The notes beneath the pieces are model-generated. The model worked only from the letters and a program-made list of their open reading frames with translations, did not search any database and was not told where the DNA came from. A DNA stretch of 63,688 nucleotides, the filler included, from Parasitella parasitica NRRL 2501 (Eukaryota; Fungi; Mucoromycota), in the NCBI GenBank assembly GCA_025201805.1. It is 5 parts of 5 records of this genome, joined end to end, with 100 filler letters (N's around TTAATTAATTAA, not from the genome) between each part and the next. Parts side by side here need not be neighbours in the genome. Positions count along the whole stretch, not along the records: positions 38,188 to 42,667 come from MU619532.1; positions 42,768 to 61,962 come from MU619280.1; 3 more parts are not named here. One strand, written 5' to 3'. Below, one piece after another: positions 38,282 through 50,794 of the stretch. The position numbers were made by a program, and so were the translations under genes. The first letter of the stretch is position 1. Every line of letters begins with the position of its first letter.

Positions 38282-40150
38282 TACGCATCAGCTTTTTTGA
38301 ATTACGCACCAGACAAATCTCAATTGCACCCCAGAATTTTTGAATTACGCATATGAAACTTTTGAATTACGCGCCTAATAAATTTGAATTGCGCATTAAA
38401 AAATTCGAATTACGTACAAAAAAATCCAATTGCGTACTGGATATTTTTATTAACTTTTATTCACAAAATGAACGACAACACCGTACCCGATGAGTATATG
38501 CACTGCTTCAACGTCACTGACAACTATGTCGCAACAGAACCTATGGAACTCGAAGTTCTACCAGATGTAGCTGAGACCGTTGCTCTTGAGTGGCACAGCT
38601 GGCAGCCTGGTCAAGAGAAGCCAGCACCAACAAAAGAGGATCAACTCGGGATGAAAGCTCTGGTCAAGCTGAGCGACTTCCAACAATGGAAAGCAGTAGA
38701 CCAGCAAGACTACTCTTTGAACACTGAGAGCACAGAGAATCAGACTGTAAAGGATAAGAAGACTGAAAAGAAGAGCAAGCCCTCTGCAGACAAGTCAGGG
38801 AAGCGGACATACCGTAACTATTCTCCTCAACAGATTCAGGAATTGATTGATCTGGTGATGATGGTTGGTATGTCTGCCCGGGCAGCAGGCTTGCTTATTG
38901 GAATCAATGTAAGGACAGCGCAGTACTACGTCAAAAAATACAAGGACGACGATGAGAAGCGAGTACCTCTGCCTCGAAGCGCTGCTAACATTAGCTTTGC
39001 CAACAACCGAAAGCTTTATCAAGAGCATACCGACTTTTTATGCGAGGTTTTTGACAAGAGAGCAGACTTAACTCTATGGGAAGCTCGAGATATGCTGTTG
39101 AATAACTTTCCAGAGATTTACAGTATCACTTTGTCAGCCTTGCACAAGCACTTGGTGAACAAGGCCTCAGTAACACTCAAAAAGCTTGACAAGTTCACCG
39201 CCCCCAGAGGAGCACAAACCACCATCGACACCAGACACGCTAGAGTCTTGGAATGGACAAAAGACCCTGACATGAGATGGGAGAGCAACTGTGTCTTTGT
39301 TGACGAAGCAGGCTTCAACCTGCATATCCGAAGAAATTTTGGCCGATCAATCAAAGGAAAGCCTGCTAGAGTTATTGTCCCGGCCAATAGAGGTGTTTCA
39401 ATCACGATTGTGGGTGCTATTTGTGAGCTGGGCATCATTGATTTGAGTTTGAAGAGACCTCAGGCGCAAATTAAGAAGGTAGCAAGCTCAAAGAAAAGAA
39501 AGCTGGAGAACGAAGAGGCTGAGCAGAAGACTACAAAAGTTGTCAGTAGAGTTGGAACTCGCAAAGAACACTTTCTTCACTTTCTTTCTGGTCTCTTGGA
39601 TGAGCTAGATCGTCACGAAATGAACGGACGCTATATTGTGATGGACAATGCTCCAATTCACAAGAGCCCAGAGGTAGCTAACCTCATTGAATCTCGTGGT
39701 TATAAGGCAGCCTATCTTCCCCCTTACTCTCCTTTTCTCAACCCAATCGAGGAGTTCTGGTCGAAGGTGAAGGCTGGTATCAAGAGAGATACTCTCACTG
39801 TAACATCAAACCTCAGTGACCGTATCATTGAGTCAGCCAAGAAGGTTATAGTGAGCGACTGCGAAGGATGGATAAGACATGCCCATTCGTTTTTTGAGAA
39901 ATGCTTGAACCGTGAGCGCTTGCTTTAAGTCTGTCAAATGAATAAAAATATCCAGTACGCAATTGGATTTTTTTGTACGTAATTCGAATTTTTTAATGCG
40001 CAATTCAAATTTATTTGGTGCGTAATTCAAAAGTTTCATATGCGTAATTCAAAAATTCTGGGGCGCAATTGAGATTTGTCTGGTGCGTAATTCAAAAAAG
40101 CTGATGCGTAATTGAAAACCAGTATGCGTAATCTCAAAAGAAAAATCCAG
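38282..40150 (+). mobile_element. Tc1-like (IS630-Tc1-mariner) DNA transposon with long, internally repetitive TIRs
   Basis: 38282-38451 is the reverse complement of 39941-40110, with many (T)GAATTACGC subrepeats. The right TIR continues to ...ATCCAG|TA at 40150; the left TIR lacks the outer ~40 bp. Confidence 0.92.
38468..39928 (+). CDS. DD34E transposase (HTH + DDE_3), 486 aa, intact ORF
   Basis: VFVDEAGFN, IVMDNAPIH, YLPPYSPFLNPIEEFW; 34 residues between the second D and E; N-terminal HTH (SARAAGLLIGINVRTAQYYV). Confidence 0.95.
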   Translation: MNDNTVPDEYMHCFNVTDNYVATEPMELEVLPDVAETVALEWHSWQPGQEKPAPTKEDQLGMKALVKLSDFQQWKAVDQQDYSLNTESTENQTVKDKKTEKKSKPSADKSGKRTYRNYSPQQIQELIDLVMMVGMSARAAGLLIGINVRTAQYYVKKYKDDDEKRVPLPRSAANISFANNRKLYQEHTDFLCEVFDKRADLTLWEARDMLLNNFPEIYSITLSALHKHLVNKASVTLKKLDKFTAPRGAQTTIDTRHARVLEWTKDPDMRWESNCVFVDEAGFNLHIRRNFGRSIKGKPARVIVPANRGVSITIVGAICELGIIDLSLKRPQAQIKKVASSKKRKLENEEAEQKTTKVVSRVGTRKEHFLHFLSGLLDELDRHEMNGRYIVMDNAPIHKSPEVANLIESRGYKAAYLPPYSPFLNPIEEFWSKVKAGIKRDTLTVTSNLSDRIIESAKKVIVSDCEGWIRHAHSFFEKCLNRERLL

Positions 40151-41222
40151 TATTTGAAATAAATCGAACTTTCTTACGTTTAAAATACTGTCATATATAA
40201 TTATTTGCTCTTCTATCGCTGAGATACCATACCATCCTAGTTATTCGACATAATTGTTATATCAATAACATGTCATAGACCTTATAGCAAGATCAAGGGG
40301 CTAAAAGCCAAGGTGCGTGGTTAATCAGGGATTTACACCGCATGCTCTATATATAAATCTTGGTTACAGTTGTGTATGATGACGTTAGCACATAATGTTA
40401 GTTTATATAAAAACATGCAGAGGATGTACAGTATTTCTAATAAAAGTGTAACTCTTTGGCAGATTAATTTTACTGACTCATTTTGACATAACAATAATAT
40501 ACACTTAAACAACAGCAAAACAGTCTAATTAGTCTCGGCATTGACCTGTTTACTGCAAGATCTTTCCAAAACATCGCTATCAATTTCACAAAACCCGCAC
40601 CGCATAGTATCACTTTTGATGAATGCGTATTTTTTTGGTGTAAACGTACTATATACTATTTCTCAAAAAGGCAACTCATTTTCACGTGATGTTTATGAAG
40701 AGTCAAGTAATACGTATTTTTAAAATGGTGTTTTGAATGCATGTTTATTCTGGAGTCTCAAGGTGTTCTGAGGTGAAGGTCGATCTAAATTTAGCTTCTT
40801 ATTTTGGATTATATAATTGTTGCCGATGGCTAAATGTTGAAGTTCATGGTTACATTTTGATCTGGGGCATTTATTTTTACTTTGAAATGGAGATTTGACA
40901 GTTCGATTGGACAGCTTATGATAGTTTGAAATTTAGAAAGTAGGCATGTAGATGTAGATAGACATTATAAAATCGTATAAAAGCAATCATTTTTTATTTT
41001 TAATAAACCATATCGAATTTTCTTTCTTTACACTTTAGTTACTATTGTTATTTTTTCACATTTAACACCAACTACCCTAGATTTTAATTCATTTTCTCGA
41101 TATACAATTTAAATAGCTCTTACAGTCTCCCTATTTACAAACAAATTTATATCACTTTGACTTACCTGTTCACTTACGAAGGTAATCATAAAAGAGAACT
41201 TGACATTTATCACTTTTGAAAC

Positions 41223-41955
41223 GTGCCGTGGATTAATTATTGTGGAATCGATATAAATTGTTATATGGATTCACGGAAAAAAATTATAATAAAAAAACAA
41301 TAAAGTCAACTTGATAAAGGTATAGGTTTTATTATCAAATCGACAGGTGTATAAAGCTGCCGTTCATCTTCTATATATATATATCTACTGGCCAAGTAGA
41401 TGAACCTTTATATACTTAAACTGTGTGGGTAAATATTCTATTCTCGCAATTTAACATGTACGACAGTACTGCGTAACTAGCATCTTAACTTTGTGCTAAC
41501 TAACATATCAGCAGATTCAAGATAACTTAAATCTCTTTGAGTGAGGAGATACCCTTTACCCGAGGTAGTACCTGATCAATCTTCTATGCGAAGATTATTA
41601 ATATCGATCCATATGCGTATATCATTCCTTGTATAGTCTTATCCAGTCTATATTAATAGTACAACATGTCTAAATGTATATCACTTGGTATTCATTTTAG
41701 CATATATTGGTATATGTGTAGCATGACTATAGCATGTCATAAGCATATCTATAGCATTGCACATATTGTACAAGTCTGTAGTAGTAAATGATGCATCTGT
41801 AGCTAGTATCATCGATATAAGTATATGTCTTGTAGTAGTGCGTATCTAGAAACTGGGAATACGCATCTGAAGCATAGATCTTATATAGCATAAGCTCGTA
41901 GCATATACTAAATCTAGTAAATGTCTAAGACTCGTGTCGAGATATAAGTATCAGT
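41223..41955 (+). repeat. Dispersed ~720-bp repeat (LTR-like or non-autonomous element); second copy at 59633-60339
   Basis: Colinear, highly similar direct copies about 18.4 kb apart. Confidence 0.88.
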
Positions 41956-42398
41956 GATCTGCCATAATGTAGGTTAGGAAATAATCATGATAGTGTACTT
42001 CAATTAAAGATTGGAGATTGTCTAATGATGTATTGTTATACTTGTCGAAACAGGAGAACAAAGTCTTTGTTTCAAATCAGGAAGGTTATCTGTAACACAG
42101 TGATCTGTATGATTGACAAACAATAAGGTACTGTCAGATCAAAGATCAATAGCCTTGTAGTATGATAATACAACATCGTACCCTGTTAAGGATATGATGT
42201 TGCTTGCAAATTATTCTTATCGATTAATATTGACTAGTATTTTAAATAAGTCACCAAAAATTTATGTAGTTGTAAAAAGTATAAATAGCAGATGCAAAGT
42301 TGAATCTGTAATAATAAAGTAATCTCAAGTTTTCGTATCTCGTTAATTCAACGTTTTATTTTATACTTTTCTTATTTAGATCTTGCAGATCTCAAACA
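41955..42398 (+). repeat. Solo-LTR-like repeat (TGATCTGCC...GATCTCAAACA), copy 1
   Basis: TG...CA ends; diverged direct copy at 43017-43446. Confidence 0.75.
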
Positions 42399-43016
42399 CC
42401 AACTTGTGCTCAGATAGCGATGATCATGCCTGTTCTTATGGCGCATAAGACAGTGTTTATTTTGCTCTTTATCGAAGCCTATCATCGATTATATGCAATT
42501 CTGATATGAGAATTTGTGATGTCATCTGATAACTTTATGGTTAGTAATAAAAACATGGAAGCCAACGTTGTTGCCAGATAGAGGTGAGTCAACGCCAAGT
42601 TTTCCAAGTTAGATCTCGGTTCTACGGTCATTTTAGCAGAACTTATGAACAAATTTCTGATATTCATNNNNNNNNNNNNNNNNNNNNNNNNNNNNNNNNN
42701 NNNNNNNNNNNTTAATTAATTAANNNNNNNNNNNNNNNNNNNNNNNNNNNNNNNNNNNNNNNNNNNNAGAAATGAAAAAAAAAAAAAAATAAACAGAATT
42801 AAAAATACATAATCATCTTCCCACTTCATTTTAGCATAGACAATCAGCATGCCAGTACTTACATTGAAACGTAAAGCTGGTTCACAAAGAACATATAATG
42901 CAGTTTTGATCGATCCACTATTTATGTAATATACTTTCATTTTTCCCATCATCGTCCAATATTACCATTATTCTTCATATCCATCTGAAGCCTGCACAAA
43001 TGATGGATAAATATAT

Positions 43017-43446
43017 TGATCTGCCATAATGTAGGATAGGAGATCATGATAGTGTACTTCAACTAAAGATTAAAGATTGTCCAATGATGTTTTGTTATAC
43101 TTGTCGAAACAGGAGAATAAAGTGTTTGTTTCAAATCAGGTGAAGGTTATCTGTAACACAGATCTGTATGATTGACAAACAATAAGGTACTGTCAGATCA
43201 AAGATCAATAGCCTTGTAGTATAATAATACATCGTACCCTGTTAAGGATATGGTGTTGCTTGCAAATTATTCTTATCGATTAGTATCGACTAGTATTTTA
43301 AATAAATCACCAAAAATTTATGTTGTTGTAAAAAGTATAAATAGCAGATGCAAAGTTGAATCTTTAATAAAGTAATCTCAAGTTTTCGTATCTCGTTCAA
43401 CATTTTATTTGTTACTTTTCTTATTTCGATCTTTCAGATCTCAACA
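43017..43446 (+). repeat. Solo-LTR-like repeat, copy 2, flanked by TATAT/TATAT (possible 5-bp TSD)
   Basis: TG...CA ends and similarity to 41955-42398; the TSD is low complexity. Confidence 0.75.
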
Positions 43447-44569
43447 TATATATATATCACAAACTAATTTTACTAATTAACTAAAAGTCAAAGTTTGTTT
43501 AGATACTGGCCAGCAAAATATACTGCAACGGTATTTAAACCCTCACAGTCGACCCATTAATAAACGATATTCTTTAACAGTTTAATTTAACCCTTTTTTT
43601 AACTAATAATTTATTTCTGGTAAATCAGACATGGCTTAACTGCAATTTTTATAAAACCATATGCTATAAAATTATCAAAATCTTGTTTTGGCAGTATATC
43701 GACAGCAAAGATGAATAATGAGAATTGGAAAACGTGATAAGCTACAGTTATCGTACTAGTATTATGATGTATCTTTAGCGTGGACCCCAATTCCCTGTCT
43801 AAAAATGACGCTGAAGGTTGTCTCAAATTGAATTCTGAAAACCAAAAATGAGCAAAAGTAGCAGAATTTAAATAATGGTCAGAAATGCATGAAACTCGTA
43901 AATGTTATAAAAGGGCTCAAAGGAAAGTAGGATTTCGCTGAAGATTGTGTCTCAACCTTTAAATGGTTTATAGAGACATTAGACATTATGGATTGTTGTG
44001 CCTTGAAGCATGGGAAATGAAACGGTTTAAATTATTTGGCATTTTTTTTCGACCAGAAAATGTAAAAGTATGTGATGATAAAAGAACAGCATATCAAATG
44101 ATAATGTAATTTGTCCCTTGCTGAAAACAGACCGATGATAATAGTAGCATTAGTAGTAAATCATGAATAAAAATGGTTGTGTAAGCAGCAGCAGACAATG
44201 AGAATGCAAATTTGATCTATGATTTGATTGTACCATTATTAGATAGCTATTTTTAGGAAGCCTTCACCTAAAGTTTGTATGGAGTGCAAACTGTTATTTC
44301 ATCAAAGTGTGTCGTGGTATCCAAATAAATTTCAGAGGCCACTAAACTTTTTAGGCCACATACTTGTTTATATTTGATTCCCATCGATTCGGTATATTAC
44401 ATACAGAAACCAATATTCATGGCATTAAATCGTACAAAAATGGATGCTCTCCAAAACAACGGCGGATATTCAACATTCATTCTTCTTCATTGTCTCCACA
44501 ACTATAAAATATGCAAGCCTTTTAATTTTTTGCTCTCTTTCTTTTGCAACAAAAAGAAAAAAGAAAAAA

Positions 44570-47158
44570 ATGAAATTATCTTTAACCACAGCATTAGCTT
44601 TAGCTTTTCCATCTGTATCTTTGGCAACATCGTTGCTATGGCCAGCACCTCAAAATGCTAAATATGGTCAGCAGGAGCTTGAACTTGATGTAAGACATTG
44701 TGTGTTGCATTGTCATTGATTTGATTTGATGCTGATTTCTCTAGTTTTCTTAGACAACATTTCATATATCTGGACCTGATGTTAAGCAGTTAACGCATGC
44801 AATCGATCGCTATACAAAGCTCATCACTCGTGAAAGATGGATTCCCGTAAGCAACACTGGTTTTTTTTGTTTTCTTTGTTGGTCTAACATGGTTGTTGTA
44901 TACATACATGAACTTTTAGGTACAAGCTCCTTTTTCTGTAAACAATGAAACCATCAAAACAAACGTATCAAGCACTACATTAGTTGCTTTGAACATCATT
45001 ATCGAGGACGAGAACCAGGAATTAGAACACCTAGTAGACGAATCTTATGTTTTAGATATTCCGGTAGGAAGCGATATAGGTACTCTTAAATCCAAGACTG
45101 TATGGGGCAGTCTTCGCGGATTGGAAACATTTTCCCAATTGGTCCAAGCTCGCCCTAATCAAAATAGTGATGGGGAGGTAAAGATCAAAGACTATGATCA
45201 AGACGAAGAACCTGATTATGATAATGTTGGGTTTGAAGGCCTTTACATACCAAACACACCTGTTCGAATTGAAGATTCGCCAAAATATGCTCACCGAGGT
45301 TTGATGTTGGGTTAGTTGCGTTGTGATATAAACTAGAGATCGCTGAAAATCGTACTGAAAATAGACATATATAGACACATCTAGGAATTATTTTCCAGTC
45401 AATGATATTCTTCGGACGATTGATGCAATGGCATTTAACAAAATGAATGTAAGCGAGTAACTACGGGTCATCTAGCATATATCATAGTCTTGACGTTTAT
45501 CCAATCGTCCTCTTGTTAGGTCTTTCATTGGCATATCACTGATTCTCATAGTTTCCCACTCAGGCTGAAGAATACTCCTGAGCTTGCTCATGAAGGTGCT
45601 TATAAACTGCATCAACGTAGACTAGTCTACACTGAAAAAGACATCAAGAAAATTGTTAAATACGCTCGCAACCGTGGTGTCAGAGTTATTCCAGAAATCG
45701 ATATGGTAAATACTAAGCAATAATGTAGTTGCAAATACATCGCAGTCTAACTTTTTCTAAACTCAAGCCAGCGCATACTGGATCATGGGCGCTATCTCAC
45801 AAAAACATAACGTAAGTGGCCTGAATTACAATATATGGGTGGCTTTGGTAACTCCTTACTTCATTATGTAGGACATGTTCAGGTGTTTATTATCTTCCTG
45901 GTGAGGATTGGAGTGAAAGGTTGGCTGCCGAGCCAGGAGCTGGACAGCTTAATCCTATCAAGGATGAGACCTATGAAGTTGTAGATAAGGTCATTACCGA
46001 AGTTGCCTCATTGTTTCCGGATAGCCTCTTCCATGGGGGTGGTGATGAACCTGTGTACAAGTGCTGGAAGCAAGATCAAGGTGTTGTCGACTACATGAAA
46101 AAACATAATGCAACTGGTGTCGATCTTTTGCATAAATTTTTAAAAGAGGAACTCAACATCATTCAAAAATCAAACAAGACTGCAATTCTCTGGGAAGGTT
46201 AGATATGAGTAAATCAAAACTGCTAATATACGTTGTTACTCATAAAATATGTAACCTGTTGTGTAGATGCTGTTACTAATGACGACTTGCCTATTTCCAA
46301 AGATGTGATCTTGCAGGTCTGGACAAATCCGGTGCAAAAGGCAGTTAAAAAAGGTTACAAGGTTATCGCTTCCAATTACAACTTTTGGTACCTGGATTGC
46401 GGACATGGAGGATGGGGGTAAATCAGGATCAACGCTCTTTCAAAAAGCAGACTAATGAAGTTTTCTTGTTTAGTGGCAATGATACCAGTTATGATGAACA
46501 AGTACCCCCCACCATTCCCGAAGCGGTTTCAAAGGTATTGGAAAAGAATGAAGTCTCTGACAATTACAATACACAGAATTGGGGAGGATCAGGTGGTGAT
46601 TGGTGCAGGTAAATGCAAACAAGGTACCATAAAATCCCACATTTTTTAAGCTCATGTTCATACCAATTAAGCCCATTCAAGACGTGGCAAAGAGTGTATA
46701 GCTATGATGCTGCCTTTAATTTAACAGAAGCCGAGGCTAAAAATATCCTGGGAGGAGAAGTCGCGCTCTGGAGCGAACAGACAGATGAAACAACATTGGA
46801 TATTAGACTTTGGTATACAAACTATAATTTGTACTACAATCCCTTTTCTTGGCTAATACTTATTTTTTACACACAGGCCCAGGGCAGCAGCAGCAGCAGA
46901 AAACCTGTGGTCTGGGCGGTATGACAAAAACAACATTAAAAGAGACATTGGGGATGCCATGCCTAGAATGTTTGATTGGCGTTACAGATTACTGAAAAGA
47001 GGAATTCGTGCTGAAGCATTGCAACCTTTGTGGTGGTAAGTTTTTTGTGTATTTGTTTGAATTTAAACTTGCTGACGCTGAACTTGTATAATTCCAACAG
47101 TGGCCAAAACCCTCATATGTGCGATGCTACTTACCCAGCTGTATTCCAAACAATGTAA
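44570..47158 (+). CDS. Secreted GH20 beta-N-acetylhexosaminidase, about 11 introns
   Basis: Signal peptide then LWPAPQ; [55 protein letters not shown], catalytic [18 protein letters not shown]. Confidence 0.95.
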
Positions 47159-48016
47159 AACTTGTTGTAATATATGCAATCATGTACATGTATAAATCAT
47201 TACATAATAAATTATCCACAATAAAACTCGGAATCCAATTTATCGTGAACACTGCTTGTACAACTATTTACAGTAATGTACGGCATTACGGAGTCTGTGT
47301 GGTAAATGTAGATTACATAGAGCATTAACAGTATATGTGCGTGAAAAGTATACACATGCTACTATTTAAAAAGTTTTGGCATGCTCAACAAAAACGTGCT
47401 GCAAAATAGGGTATTTAGTCGGCATCTTATCGTTGGCCTCTCGCAAAAGGATATATACTGAACCATCAATTGTATCGGCCCTTGGACCGATATGGTGTTT
47501 CCTTCCCTTAGTGTTACACATGGTATTTGCTCATGAGATTTGTTATTACAGGTAAGGAGAGCTATTCCTTTATTACTCGATTTGCAATTCGAAGCAAGGT
47601 AAAACACGCTTTGTTCATGTGGATACGTAAGTACGTATTATAGAGCTAACTGAAAATTGACATGATACATCAATGTGATAATGAGGATCAAAATGTCGCT
47701 TGATACTGTGAGAAGGAAACTAGAATATACAAAATTATTGACAGGTCGTTTGTCTAGTTATTATCATTGTGTCTGATTAACACACGAGACATCGCGATTG
47801 TCAACTCCTCGACTCCTTATCGTAAATACCAAATCCTGAGAAATGACAGGGCTTTATTCACACTGCTATCAAGCGAAAAGTCATTGTTGTAATGCACAAT
47901 AGAAAAAAATTACTCCTTGAATGATTAAGAAAGAATAGATAGGCATAACGAATGGTGATCAATGGATATAGAGACGATTTCACCTTGTTCAGGCTGATCC
48001 TTTCTTTTCTTGTTTT

Positions 48017-48289
48017 TTATTGTTGCTGCTGCTGCTGCTGTTGTTGTTGTTCTTGCTGTTTCATACGGTTATAACGTTCAAGGTCTTCATGTTCCTGCTT
48101 GAGATCTTTTAACCTTTGTTTTGCCTCTGAAGCGGCAAGCATTTGGTCTATGAAATTGTTAATTTTCAGGATATGAAATGCTTGAGAAGACTTACAGTAA
48201 TTGCTCTTGATTAGCAACACCTCTAAACCGGCGCCCATCGCTAAACCGACACCAAATATTTTTGCATAGTATTTGCTGACTCCAGACAT
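48017..48289 (-). CDS. Small single-TM protein, SMIM4/UQCC5 (UPF0640)-like, 2 exons (intron 48195-48148)
   Basis: MSGVSKYYAKIFGVGLAMGAGLEVLLIKSNY/YQML; G-A-x-x-E-x-x-x-I-K pattern; C-terminal poly-Q. Confidence 0.55.
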   Translation of the reverse strand: MSGVSKYYAKIFGVGLAMGAGLEVLLIKSNYCKSSQAFHILKINNFIDQMLAASEAKQRLKDLKQEHEDLERYNRMKQQEQQQQQQQQQQ

Positions 48290-48422
48290 TCTTTTTTTTT
48301 TACGAGTATATATATTATATATACAAGGTTGAGAAAGGCAAGGAAGAGGGGAGGATAAAAATTTGTGTAGGGAAGGCAAGAAATTGACTTTAAATTACTA
48401 TTTTTCTGTTTATTTGAAAGTA

Positions 48423-50448
48423 TTAAGCTTGAGGTGTTTCTATATCATCTTGATACAGGTCTTCAGTAGAGTCCATGTTGCGTAAAGATTCTGTTAATTG
48501 CTCTAATTCTCTTTGCTTCTTACGCTCACTTCTTTCGATAGAATCAATGATTTTGCGATATTTTTCTGTCTTTACAAATTTGGGAACGGAATCCGAAGCC
48601 ATTAAGCGACAAATGTGTTCATTGACTCTGTCAAACAATTTGAGCACTATTCTCAGACTTTGGGAAGCAGAGGGAGCAGTGATGAGTATGGTGGGCTTGC
48701 CTTGGCCAGGATAAGCTGGTATTACGGTGATAATAGATTGGATAACGTGAGCCATTTCTTGACATAGGGAGTGTTCCACGTTGAGCTCACATGGCGAGCT
48801 AGGGGCCAAGTAAGTTGACCAAATGTCGTATGCATCCTCTAAAAGGTCTTTCTGGTTCTGTGACGGAAGGGCAGGGCTTTGGTTACGGTATTTTCTGCGC
48901 AACGAACTGTAATCTATCCAGAAATCCAGGTTCTCTTCGCAAAAGTTGGCTCGTAAAAAGTCTTTGAATGGCGAGCGAAGTTTTGCATTCTCCAGTATGA
49001 TTTTGAGCCGTGCAGAGTTACTTTCTTTTGGGTCTGCAGCAGCAGCGTGGTGCACGGTGGTTTCCATGGAAACGCTAGCAGGCCTTGACGATGCTGCTTG
49101 CGTGCTTGATTCCTCGACGACATCTGTGGTTGTAGTGATCAATAAAGAGTCGGGATCTTGTGAGAGTATTTCTTGGAGAGTTGCCTTTTCTTCTTCTGGG
49201 GACTCGCCGTTTTCTTTGGTGATTGTGTTGCTTCGTGATCGCATAACGTTGGATGTTGTTGATGCTACCCTGGACCGATCTGATAACTGTTGATTCATGG
49301 ACGGTGGACAAGGCTGCTTTATAAGCTCAGAAACCACCTGCTTTCCTTTATCAGTGACAACAAACATTGCCACTTTGGATGCTTTTAGCGGTAGCGAGTG
49401 GTGTTTGGGATCTTGGAACTCGATCCAGTTATGTTTAATGAATTCCTGTGCAATTGCCTCTGCTTCTTCACGGCAAGTTACTGTGTTGTAATCTAATAGC
49501 CAGTCGCAGCACATTTGTGAAGAGAATACTGTTCGCATTGTCTTAGCAGTTTTCAGCTGTGCTGTTGTGCGACCAGACTTGGAGAGTGTGAGGAGATAGT
49601 TGCTCAGCATATGAACTCTTGAATCACCACCAGAAACGGTGGACGACATTGCAAATGGGGTGGTCAGAGACGGTGTGGATGAAGAGGTTGCTGATGATAC
49701 AGAAGACGATGTAGACGAGGCTGGCGTGCTACTGCTACTCTGTTGTTGCCTTGATGAAACAGGCATTGAGCTTGCATTGCCAGAGCTACTCAATTCGCCG
49801 TCTAATGGCAGACAGGTCATCATGACTCTGAATATGACAGACATACAAGGACGGTTTAATATAAGCTGATCGTCGTCAGGGTTTCGGTCTAAACGAACGA
49901 GATGAATTGCTTCCATATGACTGAAGCGCTTTCGCAGTTCTGTCATGTCGACTTCAGTTCGCACGCAAAAATCTTGCAGCACACAGAGACCTTTGGGTGT
50001 TAGGTGCCAAAGGCCCTTTTCACGAAATGTTCTATTTTGCGGATCAACAGCGTTTTCCATTAATCGACAGTTTTGAAATTGCTGGCACAATGATTTTGCC
50101 ATTTCTCGGGCCATGTTGAAGGTAGTTGTGGTCGTTGTTCTTTGTAAGCGAGATGAATCATTTGGATCAGGAATGCGTACAGTGTGAGAAAAGCGTAGAT
50201 TCCCCAGTGCCTGAATAGCATCTTCAGATGAGAATGTGTTGTAATAATTTCGAAACAAGTATTTGTGTGTGTTCAGTGGTATCTGAATTATGAGCGCAGC
50301 GAATAGATCATGTATGTCCTGGGAAATGTCATCAGTGTGTGTTTGTGTGTATGTAGAGAAAATACTCATGTACCTTCAAGTAAGGACGCCCATCAATTGT
50401 GAATTTCATTATTGATGTGTAGGCTTGTTGTGACACATTTGACTCCAT
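48423..50448 (-). CDS. RGS protein of the FlbA/Sst2 type (two DEP domains + RGS), 2 exons (50448-50374, 50318-48423)
   Basis: DGRPYLK/DIHDLF, LMENAVDP...LTPKGL, CDWLLDY, RGS box FKDFLRANFCEENLDFW...YLAPSSPCELNVEH...LMASDSVPKF. Confidence 0.9.
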
Positions 50449-50794
50449 TTTTTATACTCTACAAAAAAAAAAAAAAAAGAAAAAAAAAAAAAAAAAGAGA
50501 AAAAAGAAAAAAAAAAAAAAAAAAAAGCAAGTTATAAAATCAGGACACAAATTTATAAACCTCAAGTTATTAATTAGAGTTCATCTAAAATAAGGAGAAG
50601 ATTAATTGTTGTTACAAGTTGTGGCTCCTTGATTTTTTTCTTTTTTTGTATTTTTTATAACGTGTCTACATGTGTGTCATTTTGAGCGCTTGGACCTTTG
50701 GCTTATTAATTTGACGTTGGCAGTCTACATTTCTTATCAGGCTATAAAACATACTATTTATCTACGATTAATCTTTTATTGTTCGCTGCTACGG

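Noticed and set aside
38282-38451. Regularly spaced GAATTACGC repeats that look CRISPR-like
   Set aside because: They are subrepeats of transposon TIRs, mirrored at 39941-40110; eukaryotic context and no cas genes
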